Below, one piece after another: positions 1 to 8,512 of a stretch of 32,000 nucleotides of DNA. Location: positions 2,160,001-2,192,000 of the forward strand of contig NZ_CP036280.1 in NCBI RefSeq assembly GCF_007748075.1, given 5' to 3'. Below the pieces are notes generated by a model. That model ran no database searches and was not told where the DNA came from. It worked only from the letters and a program-made list of their open reading frames with translations. This DNA is from Mucisphaera calidilacus. GTDB lineage: Bacteria; Planctomycetota; Phycisphaerae; Phycisphaerales; Phycisphaeraceae. Position numbers and translations under genes: made by a program. The stretch's first letter is position 1, and every line of letters begins with the position of its first letter.

Positions 1-1
1 G

Positions 2-715
2 CCGCTGGGCCTCGGCGACGAGTTCCAGCACGAGGTCGAGTGGATCCACAACACCATCCCCGCCATGTGGTTCGTCGAGATCTTCGGCCTCTGGATCCCC
101 ATCTTCTTCCACGCGATCCTTGGCGTCGTCTATACCTTCACCGGCACCAACAACGTCAAGAGCTACAACTACGAGGGCAACGTCCGCTACGTCATCCAAC
201 GCGTCACCGGCATCCTCGCCTTCATCTTCATCTTCCTCCACATCGCCACCCTCCGCTGGGGCTGGAACATCTTCGGCTGGTACACCCCCTTCTACGTCCA
301 CGGCACCCTCGCCGACGGCACCGAAGTCCCCCTCTCCTCGCCCAGCCTCGCCATCGCCCTCCAGGGCGGCATCGAACAGAACATCGCCCTCGCCATCTTC
401 GTCTCCGCGCTCTACGCCATCGGAGCCTTCTCCGCCGTCTTCCACTGGGCCAACGGTCTCTGGACCGCCGCCATCACCTGGGGCGCCACCACCACCGTCC
501 AGTCCATGCGACGCTGGGGTTACGTCTGCATCGTCATCGGCGTCTCCCTCTCCTTCTTCACCGCCGCCGCCCTCTGGGGTGCCTGGGCCTACGAGCTCAC
601 CGACGACGAAAAAACCGCCTACCAGCGGGCTATGAACGGCGAGCACGCCGCTCACGTGGAACACGCCGAAACCGGCGACCACAGCCACGCCACCACCATC
701 GAACCAACGGACTGA
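2..715 (+). CDS. sdhC: Succinate dehydrogenase/fumarate reductase cytochrome b subunit (b558 family), 5'-partial
   Basis: The frame is open from the window edge, so the M at 65 is internal. The protein is hydrophobic and multi-TM, with conserved His in TM segments (FFHAILG, FLHIATL, VFHWANGLW). It lies directly upstream of sdhA and sdhB on the same strand. Confidence 0.8.
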   Translation, partial: PLGLGDEFQHEVEWIHNTIPAMWFVEIFGLWIPIFFHAILGVVYTFTGTNNVKSYNYEGNVRYVIQRVTGILAFIFIFLHIATLRWGWNIFGWYTPFYVHGTLADGTEVPLSSPSLAIALQGGIEQNIALAIFVSALYAIGAFSAVFHWANGLWTAAITWGATTTVQSMRRWGYVCIVIGVSLSFFTAAALWGAWAYELTDDEKTAYQRAMNGEHAAHVEHAETGDHSHATTIEPTD

Positions 716-819
716 TTTTCTTACCAGCAACGGCTGCCACGCAGCCGGTCAGAGGACTAATGTCAGGTAATACCTGACCGTGTCGGACGACAGAGAAGTC
801 CGACAGAAAGGAAGCCGCC

Positions 820-2751
820 GTGGGCACACAGCCTAGGGTCATCGTGGTCGGGGGAGGACTGGCGGGACTCGCCGCGTCCGTCCGTGTCGCCGAAGCAGGC
901 ACCCCAGTCGACCTCTTCTCCGTCGTTCCCGTCAAACGCTCCCACTCCGTCTGCGCCCAGGGCGGCATCAACGCCTGCAACAAGGTCGCCAGACAGCAGG
1001 GCTACTCCGAGTGGCAGCACATGGACGAGACGCTCTACGGCGGCGACTTCCTCAACCACCAGCCGCCCGTGTACGAAATGGCACACTGGGCACCCAAGGT
1101 CATCGACCTCCTCGACCGCATGGGTGTCCCCTTCAACCGAACACGCGAGGGCGAACGCGATCTCCGTCTCTTCGGCGGCTCGCTCTTCAAGCGAACCCAC
1201 TTCTCCGGCGCCTCCACCGGCCAGCAGCTGCTCTACGCCCTCGACGAGCAGACCCGACGCTACGAGGCCGAAGGCAAGGTCACCAAGTACGAGTTCTGGG
1301 AGTTCCTCCGCCCCCTCATCAACGAGGATGGCGACTGCAAGGGCATCATCGCTCAGGACGTCCGGACCATGGAAATCCGGGCCTTCCCCGCCGACGCCGT
1401 CGTCCTCGCCACCGGCGGCAACGGGCTCATGTTCGGCAAGTCGACCATGTCCGTTATCTGCACCGGCGCCGCAGCGGCCCGCGCCTACCGGCACGGCGCC
1501 TGGCTCGGCAACCCCGAGTTCATCCAGGTCCACCCCACCGCCATCCCCGGCGAAGACAAGTGCCGCCTCATGTCCGAGTCGGCACGCGGCGAAGGCGGAC
1601 GCGTCTGGGTACCCCGCAAGAAGGGCGACACCCGACACCCCCTCGAGATCCCCGAGGAAGAACGCCTCTACTTCCTCGAAGAGAAGTACCCCGCCTACGG
1701 CAACCTCGTCCCGCGTGACATCGCCACCCGCGAGATCTTCTGGAAGTGTCAGGAGGGCTACGGCATCGGTGGCGGACGCATGGTCTACCTCGACGTCTCG
1801 CACCTCCCCACCGAGACCAAGAACAAGCTCAAGGCCATCCTCGAGCTCTACGAAAAGTTCACCGGCGACGACCCGACCGAAGTCCCCATGAAGATCTTCC
1901 CCTCCGTCCACTACACCATGGGCGGTCTCTGGACCACCTATCAGGAAGAGTGGCGCGACGCCGACCCCGCCTGCGATCCCTCCGACCGCAAGACCATCGT
2001 CGAGGACGGCAAGATCTGCGGCATGAAGTATGGCGACCCCAAGAACATGGTCACCAACATCCCCGGCCTCTACGCCTTCGGCGAGGTCAACTACCAGTAC
2101 CACGGCGGAACACGCCTCGGCGCCAACGCCTTGCTCTCCTGCATCTTCGACGGTCTCTACTGCGGACTCTCCGTCGCCAACAAGGCCAAGGCCGACGACA
2201 GCAGCAAGGCCGCCGACCTGCCCCAGAGCCTCATCGACAAGAACATCCAGGAGGAAAAAGACCTCCTCGCCGGTCTTGAGGCCAACAACGGCACCAACAA
2301 CCCCTACGAGATCCACCGGGTCCTCGGCGAAGAGATGACCGACTCCTGCACCGTCATCCGCGAAGAAGGACGCATGCTCGAAGCACGCGCCAAGGTCGCC
2401 GAGATCAAGGAGCAGTACAAGTCCATCAAGCTCTCCGACACCGGGAGCTGGACCAACCAGAACCTGCTCTTCGCCCGCGCCCTCGGCGACATGATCATCT
2501 ACTCCGACGCCGTCCTCGAGACCGCCATCGTCCGCAAGGAATCACGCGGCTCGCACTACCGGCCCGACTTCCCCGAACGCAACGACGAGCAGTTCCTCAA
2601 GACCACCATCGCCAAGTACAACCCGCAGTCCAACACCCCGGACATCTCGTTCGAGGACGTCCCCCAGCCCATGGTCGAGCCCCGCGCCCGAACCTACGGC
2701 AGCGTCGAAACCAAGAAAGACGACAAGAAAGAAGCCGCCGCGGCCAAGTAA
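820..2751 (+). CDS. sdhA: Succinate dehydrogenase/fumarate reductase flavoprotein subunit
   Basis: GTG start. N-terminal FAD fold VIVVGGGLAGLAAS. Covalent-FAD His context RSHSVCAQGGI. Further motifs HPTAIPG, HYTMGGLW and ESRGSHYRPDFPERND. At 643 aa it matches the long-type FrdA/SdhA proteins. Confidence 0.95.
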   Translation: MGTQPRVIVVGGGLAGLAASVRVAEAGTPVDLFSVVPVKRSHSVCAQGGINACNKVARQQGYSEWQHMDETLYGGDFLNHQPPVYEMAHWAPKVIDLLDRMGVPFNRTREGERDLRLFGGSLFKRTHFSGASTGQQLLYALDEQTRRYEAEGKVTKYEFWEFLRPLINEDGDCKGIIAQDVRTMEIRAFPADAVVLATGGNGLMFGKSTMSVICTGAAAARAYRHGAWLGNPEFIQVHPTAIPGEDKCRLMSESARGEGGRVWVPRKKGDTRHPLEIPEEERLYFLEEKYPAYGNLVPRDIATREIFWKCQEGYGIGGGRMVYLDVSHLPTETKNKLKAILELYEKFTGDDPTEVPMKIFPSVHYTMGGLWTTYQEEWRDADPACDPSDRKTIVEDGKICGMKYGDPKNMVTNIPGLYAFGEVNYQYHGGTRLGANALLSCIFDGLYCGLSVANKAKADDSSKAADLPQSLIDKNIQEEKDLLAGLEANNGTNNPYEIHRVLGEEMTDSCTVIREEGRMLEARAKVAEIKEQYKSIKLSDTGSWTNQNLLFARALGDMIIYSDAVLETAIVRKESRGSHYRPDFPERNDEQFLKTTIAKYNPQSNTPDISFEDVPQPMVEPRARTYGSVETKKDDKKEAAAAK

Positions 2752-2805
2752 GCCCGGCGTCACAACCAGCACGAACCACCGTGTTATCACCGAGGTGAGC
2801 ACCCC

Positions 2806-3585
2806 ATGATCGCCCAGAACAAGCCCGAGAAGTACAAGGTCAAGATCAAGCGCCAGGACGGCCCCTCTCAGCCGGCCTACTACCAGACCTTCGAGGTCCC
2901 CTACCGACCCGGACAGAACATCATCTCCGTCCTCCAGTACGTCGCCGCCAACCCCACGACGACCGACGGCAAGGAAACCTCCTCGCCCGTCTGGGACTCC
3001 GGCTGCCTCGAAGAGGTCTGCGGTGCCTGCTCCATGGTCATCAACGGCCTCGTCCGCCAGTCCTGCTCCACGCTCGTCGACGAGATGCTGCCCGAGGGCA
3101 ACACCATCACCATCGAGCCGATGACCAAGTTCCCCGTCGTCCGCGACCTATTCGTCGACCGGCAACGCATGTTCGAGAACCTCAAGAAGGTCAAGGGATG
3201 GGTACCCATCGACGGCACCCACGACCTTGGCGAAGGCCCGCAGGAATCCCAGGCCGACCAGGAATTCCGCTACGCCCTCTCTCGATGCATGACCTGCGGC
3301 TGCTGCCTCGAGGCCTGCCCGCAGTTCGAGAAGGACAACGAGTTCATCGGCCCCCAGGCCATCGCACAGGCCGTCTACTTCAACATGCACGAGACCGGCA
3401 AGCACCTCAAGAACGAACGCCTCGACGCCCTCATGGGCAAGGGCGGCCTCAACGACTGCGGCAACGCCCAGAACTGCGTCCGCGTCTGCCCCAAGGGCGT
3501 CCCCCTCACCGAGGCCATCGCACGACTCGGCCGGCAGATCACCGTCCACGCCGTCAAGGAGTTCTTCATGGGCTCCAAGGGCTGA
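2806..3585 (+). CDS. sdhB: Succinate dehydrogenase/fumarate reductase iron-sulfur subunit
   Basis: Three Cys clusters are present: CLEEVCGACSMVING (2Fe-2S), CMTCGCCLEACP (4Fe-4S) and CGNAQNCVRVCP (3Fe-4S). Last gene of the sdhCAB operon. Confidence 0.95.
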   Translation: MIAQNKPEKYKVKIKRQDGPSQPAYYQTFEVPYRPGQNIISVLQYVAANPTTTDGKETSSPVWDSGCLEEVCGACSMVINGLVRQSCSTLVDEMLPEGNTITIEPMTKFPVVRDLFVDRQRMFENLKKVKGWVPIDGTHDLGEGPQESQADQEFRYALSRCMTCGCCLEACPQFEKDNEFIGPQAIAQAVYFNMHETGKHLKNERLDALMGKGGLNDCGNAQNCVRVCPKGVPLTEAIARLGRQITVHAVKEFFMGSKG

Positions 3586-3610
3586 CGCCCTGCACAACTC
3601 GGAGTTTTTT

Positions 3611-3644
3611 ACAGCACCGGCTCGTTCAGCGGTGCTGTTTTTTT
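3611..3644 (+). terminator. Rho-independent terminator of sdhCAB
   Basis: Perfect 9-bp stem acagcaccg (3611-3619) / cggtgctgt (3630-3638) with a 10-nt loop, followed by a T-run through 3644. Confidence 0.8.
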
Positions 3645-3837
3645 ATGGCCGCACAGCAACGCACGAGCCTGAATCAGGCATCAGCCAACCAAAGACTCTC
3701 CAGACCAAACCACCCCTCATCCCACCACGTCCGCCGTGCTTATCAACCCCGGAATTACCACTGGACGAAGACGCTTTACGAGGTAACCTTGTGGTGGCCT
3801 GTCGATTCATGTGTACCCACAACTAGGGAGTATGTTT

Positions 3838-4617
3838 ATGCTCAGCTCCCCCCGCATCGGCTCGATCCGACCTCTCATCCGCTACGTCGATGAACGCCAG
3901 GCGGTCATCGACACCCACTTCACCACCCTGCCGCCCGTGCCCAGCGAAGGCGTCAACACGGCACCCCCCGCCGTCGTCGATATCCAGGTCGATATCAACG
4001 GCCTCGACGGCTTCCACGACGAGGGACAGACACGCACCCCGCTCGACGACCAATGCGTCGGCCGCATCCGCTTCGACCTCGTCGAACCCGACCGGTGGTG
4101 GCCCGCCGGCATGGGCACCCAGAGCCTCTACGAGCTCACCATCACCCTGCTCGACGATCAGCAGCAGCCGATCGACAGCCAGTCCGTCACCATCGGACTG
4201 ACCTCGGTCCGCCCGACCGAGAACAGCAACACCGCCGGCAGCGCCACCTTCCTCGTCAACGGACGCCCATGCCAGCTCGAACACGTCCTCATGATCGACC
4301 GCATCGACGAGCGTGCGCTCCTGCCCGCCACCGGCCACTCTCTGCTCTTCATCCGCGACCACTTCGGCACCGAACTGCTCTACCAGGCCGCCGACCGCGC
4401 CGGCATCCTCCTGCTCCAGTCCATCCCGATCGACGCCGAGGGCTGCACCGAGCAGGCCGTGCTCGACCAGATCGACCGCCTCGCCGGACACCCCTGCCTC
4501 GCCGGCTGGTACGTCGGGCACCTTGGCGACCTCGCCGACGTCGTTGCCGAGAAACTCACCCTCCTCGACCCCACCCATCAGGTCCTCCGCGAACTTCCCC
4601 CCGAGTGGGCCGCCTGA
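3838..4617 (+). CDS. Truncated, catalytically degenerate glycoside hydrolase family 2 (beta-mannosidase-like) protein
   Basis: RWWPAGMGTQSLYEL resembles the GH2 LWWPNGxGxQxLY motif. IGLTSVRP...FLVNGRPC resembles IGFRxV..F.VNG.P. GILLLQSIP resembles GILVWQDF. GHPCLAGWYVGHL stands where GH2 has NHPS...W..GNE, so the acid/base Glu is replaced. The ORF stops before the nucleophile region. The start is taken at ATG 3838, 7 nt after AGGGAG. The track's GTG start at 3811 remains possible. Confidence 0.55.
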   Translation: MLSSPRIGSIRPLIRYVDERQAVIDTHFTTLPPVPSEGVNTAPPAVVDIQVDINGLDGFHDEGQTRTPLDDQCVGRIRFDLVEPDRWWPAGMGTQSLYELTITLLDDQQQPIDSQSVTIGLTSVRPTENSNTAGSATFLVNGRPCQLEHVLMIDRIDERALLPATGHSLLFIRDHFGTELLYQAADRAGILLLQSIPIDAEGCTEQAVLDQIDRLAGHPCLAGWYVGHLGDLADVVAEKLTLLDPTHQVLRELPPEWAA

Positions 4618-4671
4618 CGCCTTCACGCAACGATCCCAAACCTCCGACGACAACCGGCGTATAAAGAGCCT

Positions 4672-5430
4672 ATGCGCACACTGATCGCCCTCATCGTCAC
4701 GCTCCTGCTCGCCGTCTCCTCGCACGCACAGGACCAGACCGACCTCTCACCCGAGGCCGCAACGCTGCTCCAGCGCGTCGAACAGGCCGCCGACAACCTC
4801 AAATCCCTCCGCGCCCGGCTCCGATACGACCGCATCCAGGGGTTGCTCGGCGACGAACAGCGACGCTTCGGCGAGCTGCGCTACGCCGCCGGACCGCCCG
4901 GACGCTTCGCCGTCCACTTCGAGTACCTCATCGTCGAGGACCGACGCGACCGCCAGAACCGCTGGTACATCTTCGACGGCCGGTACCTCGCCGAAAAACT
5001 CGAGGACGAAAAACTCTTCATCCGCCGCGAGGTTGTCGCCGAGGACCAGGACGCCGCCGAAGCCGACCCCCTCCGCTTCGGCTCAGGGCCCTTCAGCCTG
5101 CCCCTCAACCTCCGCAAGGACGAGGTCGACGCACGCTTCGTCGTCGCCGCCATCCCACCCGACCCCGACGACCCCGAGAACACCTTTCACCTCCAACTCA
5201 CGCCCCGACCGCACATGGACATCGAACAGACACAGATCGATCTCTGGTACGACAACAAGACCGCCCTGCCGCGCCGCGTGCGCACCCTCGACAACTCCGA
5301 AAACGAGTCGATCATCGACCTCCTCCGAGTCACCACCAACGAGAAGGTCCGCGAGGCCGACTTCAGCACCGACCCGCCCGCACGCGGCTACCGCGTCGAG
5401 GAACACCACCTCGAATCCAAGCCCCAGTAA
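4672..5430 (+). CDS. Secreted LolA-like (outer-membrane lipoprotein carrier/sorting fold) protein
   Basis: Signal peptide MRTLIALIVTLLLAVSSHAQ. Its size and sequence pattern (GELRYAAGPPGRFAVHF...WYIFDGRYL) resemble the LolA/LolB-like family. The assignment is by resemblance only. Confidence 0.5.
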   Translation: MRTLIALIVTLLLAVSSHAQDQTDLSPEAATLLQRVEQAADNLKSLRARLRYDRIQGLLGDEQRRFGELRYAAGPPGRFAVHFEYLIVEDRRDRQNRWYIFDGRYLAEKLEDEKLFIRREVVAEDQDAAEADPLRFGSGPFSLPLNLRKDEVDARFVVAAIPPDPDDPENTFHLQLTPRPHMDIEQTQIDLWYDNKTALPRRVRTLDNSENESIIDLLRVTTNEKVREADFSTDPPARGYRVEEHHLESKPQ

Positions 5431-5433
5431 GCC

Positions 5434-6585
5434 CTAGAGCGCCTCCAGAAGCCTGTCGATCTGCTCGGGCGTGTTGTAGAAGTGCGGGCTCACGCGCACC
5501 CGGCCGTTACGCAGCGCCACGTAGATCTTCTGCTCGGCCAGACGCTTGACCAGGGCCCCTGCCTCCTCACTCGCACGCGCCTCAATCACCACGCTCCCGC
5601 TCCGCTCCGACTCAAGACGCCGTGGCGAAAAGACCCCGTACCCACGTTCGGCCGCTCCCTCAGCAACCCTCGTCGTCAACCCCTCCACACGCTCCCACAC
5701 CCGCTCAATCCCCACCTCCAGCAGCAACCCGATCGCCGCACGCAGCCCCAGCAGCCCCGGCACATTCCACGTCCCCGGCTCAAACCGCCGCGCGTCACGC
5801 ACGAAGCGATACTCGTAGTTGCCGTAGTCCTGGGCATTGACCATGTTCAACCACCCCACCACCGGCGGGTGCAGCATCTCGCACAGGTCCTCGTGCACAT
5901 AGAAAATCCCCGCACCCTCCGGTCCCAGCATCCACTTGTGACCGTCCGCCGCGAGGAAATCAATCCCCATCGACCGCACGTCCACCGGCAGAACACCCAC
6001 CGACTGAATCGCGTCAACACACAGATACCCGCCCGCGCGGTGCACCGTCTCGCTGATCGGCCGCAGATCAATCCGGTGCCCCGATCCATATTGGACGTGC
6101 GACAACGACACCACACGCGTCCGGTCCGTGATCGCGTTGCAGACATCCTCAACATCAATACGGCCGTCGGCGTGCTGTTTCACCTCGACCAACTCAACAC
6201 CAAAACGCCCCAGGTCCTCCCACGGATAGCGGTTCGCCGGATACTCCACATCCGTGATGACAACCTGATCCCCACGCCGCCAGTCCAGACCCCGCGCCAC
6301 CGTCGCCAGACCGGTCGAGGTATTCGGCACGAACGCGATTTCATCCGGCCCACGCGCGTTGATCAGACGCGCCGTCAGCGAACGTAAGTCCTTGATATCG
6401 CTGTACCAGGAGGCTTCCGAGTAAGGCAGCGTCGACGCCTCCTGTCCATACTTCGCCATCGCCTCCGCGGCAGGACCGCACACCGGCGCAACACCCGCAT
6501 GATTCAGATGCACCATGGCGGACAACGCCGGGAACAGGTGCGGATCAGACATAGACGACACGGCGGGTAAGGCTTCAGACATCAC
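5434..6585 (-). CDS. Aminotransferase class V-fold PLP-dependent enzyme (cysteine desulfurase/selenocysteine lyase-like)
   Basis: PLP-lysine context ADGHKWMLGPEGAGIFYV, plus the SLSHVQYGSGHRIDL motif typical of class V. The GTG at 6585 is followed immediately by an ATG at 6582, and either could be the start. Confidence 0.85.
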   Translation of the reverse strand: MMSEALPAVSSMSDPHLFPALSAMVHLNHAGVAPVCGPAAEAMAKYGQEASTLPYSEASWYSDIKDLRSLTARLINARGPDEIAFVPNTSTGLATVARGLDWRRGDQVVITDVEYPANRYPWEDLGRFGVELVEVKQHADGRIDVEDVCNAITDRTRVVSLSHVQYGSGHRIDLRPISETVHRAGGYLCVDAIQSVGVLPVDVRSMGIDFLAADGHKWMLGPEGAGIFYVHEDLCEMLHPPVVGWLNMVNAQDYGNYEYRFVRDARRFEPGTWNVPGLLGLRAAIGLLLEVGIERVWERVEGLTTRVAEGAAERGYGVFSPRRLESERSGSVVIEARASEEAGALVKRLAEQKIYVALRNGRVRVSPHFYNTPEQIDRLLEAL

Positions 6586-6819
6586 GTCAGCCTAACGCCC
6601 GGATCTTTGATGTGCACCCAACTCGCGCCAGCGAAAGCGGATGCAACCGACTCAAACAACGCGAGACCGATAATCGGATTCGGGCCAACAAGTTATGAAC
6701 CGTCTTTTTAGGGCCGATACCACCTGCGTAACAAGGATTCTTGATGGGTGCACTCGCAACGGTCGCGAAGCACCCGGCATCGCCCGAGTCGGGCACCCCT
6801 TAAGAACGGAGCATGATCC

Positions 6820-7722
6820 ATGGCTACCCGCACCAGCACACGCACTCGCACAGCAACCAGCAAGGCCAAACCCCGTACAACACGCAAGACCACCACCAAG
6901 GCGTCGGCACGCAAGACGACGACCCGTAAGCCCGCGACCAAGACCACAGCTCGCAAGAGCACGGCACGCAAGACCACCGCCAAGGCTTCGACCCGCAAGA
7001 CCACCACCCGCAAGACCACGACCCGCAAGCCCGCGGCGCGTAAGACCACCGCCAAGGCTTCGACCCGCAAGACCACCACCCGCAAGCCCGCGGCACGCAA
7101 GACCACCGCCAAGGCGTCCACCCGCAAGACCACGACCCGCAAGACCGCGGCACGCAAGACCACCGCCAAGGCGTCGACCCGCAAGACCACCACCCGTAAG
7201 CCCGCGGCGCGTAAGACCACCGCCAAGGCGTCGACCCGCAAGACCACCACACGCAAGCCCGCGGCACGCAAGACCACCGCCAAGGCGTCGACCCGCAAGA
7301 CCACCACCCGTAAGCCCGCGGCGCATAAGACCACCGCCAAGGCGTCGACCCGCAAGACCACCACACGCAAGCCCGCGGCACGCAAGACCACCGCCAAGGC
7401 TTCGACCCGCAAGACCGCGACTCGCAAGCCCGCGGCGCGTAAGACCACCGCCAAGGCGTCGACCCGCAAGACCACCACCCGCAAGCCCGCGGCGCGTAAG
7501 ACCACCGCCAAGGCTTCGACCCGCAAGACCACCACCCGCAAGCCCGCGGCGCGTAAGACCACCGCCAAGGCTTCGACCCGCAAGACCGCGACTCGCAAGC
7601 CCGCAACCCGGACCACCACCCGCAAGCCCGCGGCCCGCAAGACGGCCACCAAGGCCAAGTCGGGTGTCCTCCGCCGCATCGGTGGCAAGTCGACCGGCCG
7701 CAGCGTCCGCAAGGCCGCCTGA
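6820..7722 (+). CDS. Highly basic Thr/Lys/Arg/Ala-rich tandem-repeat protein, histone H1/Hc2/AlgP-like candidate nucleoid protein
   Basis: ATG lies 8 nt after GGAG (6808-6811). The 300-aa translation contains no Asp or Glu. About 10 near-identical 19-aa units TRKTTTRKPAARKTTAKAS are flanked by degenerate copies. A hairpin follows the stop codon. Confidence 0.75.
   Translation: MATRTSTRTRTATSKAKPRTTRKTTTKASARKTTTRKPATKTTARKSTARKTTAKASTRKTTTRKTTTRKPAARKTTAKASTRKTTTRKPAARKTTAKASTRKTTTRKTAARKTTAKASTRKTTTRKPAARKTTAKASTRKTTTRKPAARKTTAKASTRKTTTRKPAAHKTTAKASTRKTTTRKPAARKTTAKASTRKTATRKPAARKTTAKASTRKTTTRKPAARKTTAKASTRKTTTRKPAARKTTAKASTRKTATRKPATRTTTRKPAARKTATKAKSGVLRRIGGKSTGRSVRKAA
6991..7575. repeat. 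In-frame tandem repeat: 57-bp unit x9 plus one 72-bp variant unit, with degenerate copies extending to about 6880 and 7660
   Basis: The phrase caaggc(t/g)tcgacccgcaag recurs at 6981, 7053, 7110, 7167 and onward with 57-bp spacing. The first interval is 72 bp. Confidence 0.9.
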
Positions 7723-7751
7723 GCCAACCGACCTATCTCTGAGTAACTCCG

Positions 7752-7786
7752 ACAGCGTCCCTCGAGAGGGGGACGCTGTTGCTTTA
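7752..7786 (+). terminator. Hairpin terminator between convergent genes
   Basis: Perfect 10-bp stem acagcgtccc (7752-7761) / gggacgctgt (7770-7779) with an 8-nt loop. The tail tgcttta is only moderately T-rich. It abuts the ispD stop codon at 7784-7786. Confidence 0.55.
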
Positions 7787-8512
7787 TGCCGGGTAGCGAT
7801 GCCTCAGGATCGCCTCGGCGAGCACCTCGTCGCCGGGCCGCGTGATCTTGATATTCCCCGCGTCACCCTCCACGCCCAGCACACGACCGCCCCGTCGCTC
7901 GATCAGCGACGCATCGTCGGTCACGTGCGCATGCCCCGACCGCAGGTCCTCGATCACCTCCAGAAACGCCGCTTCAAGCAGGCCACGCTCGAACGCCTGA
8001 GGCGTCTGAACCTCCACCAGGCCCGACCGATCCACCGTGCCGTGGATCTCCCCGGGCGGATCACCCGTCGAACGCTTGAGCGTGCTCGAAACGCACAACG
8101 CAGGGATCACCGCCCCGTAGTCCGCAAGACCCGCTACCACACGCTCAATCGACGCAGGATCCGTGCAGGGACGCGCCGCGTCATGAATCGCCACATGCGT
8201 CACGTCCTCCTCCAACGCCCCCAGCGCCAACCAGACCGACTCCCACCGGTCACGCAATCCCCCTGCCACCACACGCGCGTCCGCGGCCCGCAGTTCATCC
8301 GCCCACCGGCTCTCAAAACCCGCCTGATCATCAGGCGAAACCACCAGCAATCGCTGCGTCATCCCCGCTACACCCGCGAATCGATCCAACGCGTGCAGGA
8401 ACACCGGGCGGCCGCCCAGCAGCAACTCGACCTTGGTCCTGCCGCCCGACAGCCCGAACCGACTGCCCCTGCCCGCCGCCAGCAGGATCAACGCCAGACG
8501 CATCGTGCTCAC
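7784..8512 (-). CDS. ispD: 2-C-methyl-D-erythritol 4-phosphate cytidylyltransferase
   Basis: Motifs LILLAAGRGSRFG, VAIHDAARP and VQTPQAF. Monofunctional length (242 aa). The GTG at 8512 overlaps the sppA stop as GTGA. An alternative ATG lies at 8503. Confidence 0.9.
   Translation of the reverse strand: MSTMRLALILLAAGRGSRFGLSGGRTKVELLLGGRPVFLHALDRFAGVAGMTQRLLVVSPDDQAGFESRWADELRAADARVVAGGLRDRWESVWLALGALEEDVTHVAIHDAARPCTDPASIERVVAGLADYGAVIPALCVSSTLKRSTGDPPGEIHGTVDRSGLVEVQTPQAFERGLLEAAFLEVIEDLRSGHAHVTDDASLIERRGGRVLGVEGDAGNIKITRPGDEVLAEAILRHRYPA

Noticed and set aside
763-2316. 517-aa antisense ORF inside sdhA, along with other long alternative-frame ORFs across sdhA/sdhB.
   Set aside because: The translation is low-complexity and G/A/V/D/L-rich, which is typical of the reverse complement of C3-rich coding sequence. 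It overlaps a gene with unambiguous SdhA motifs and has no motifs of its own.
3632-3826. 64-aa ORF in the gap between the sdhB terminator and the GH2-like gene.
   Set aside because: It has no SD, starts inside the terminator T-run, and has atypical composition. It is likely non-coding promoter or leader sequence.
6991-7575. A regularly spaced repeat array that could be mistaken for a CRISPR.
   Set aside because: The units are contiguous with no unique spacers. The period is 57 bp, in frame, inside a coding ORF. No cas genes are present.
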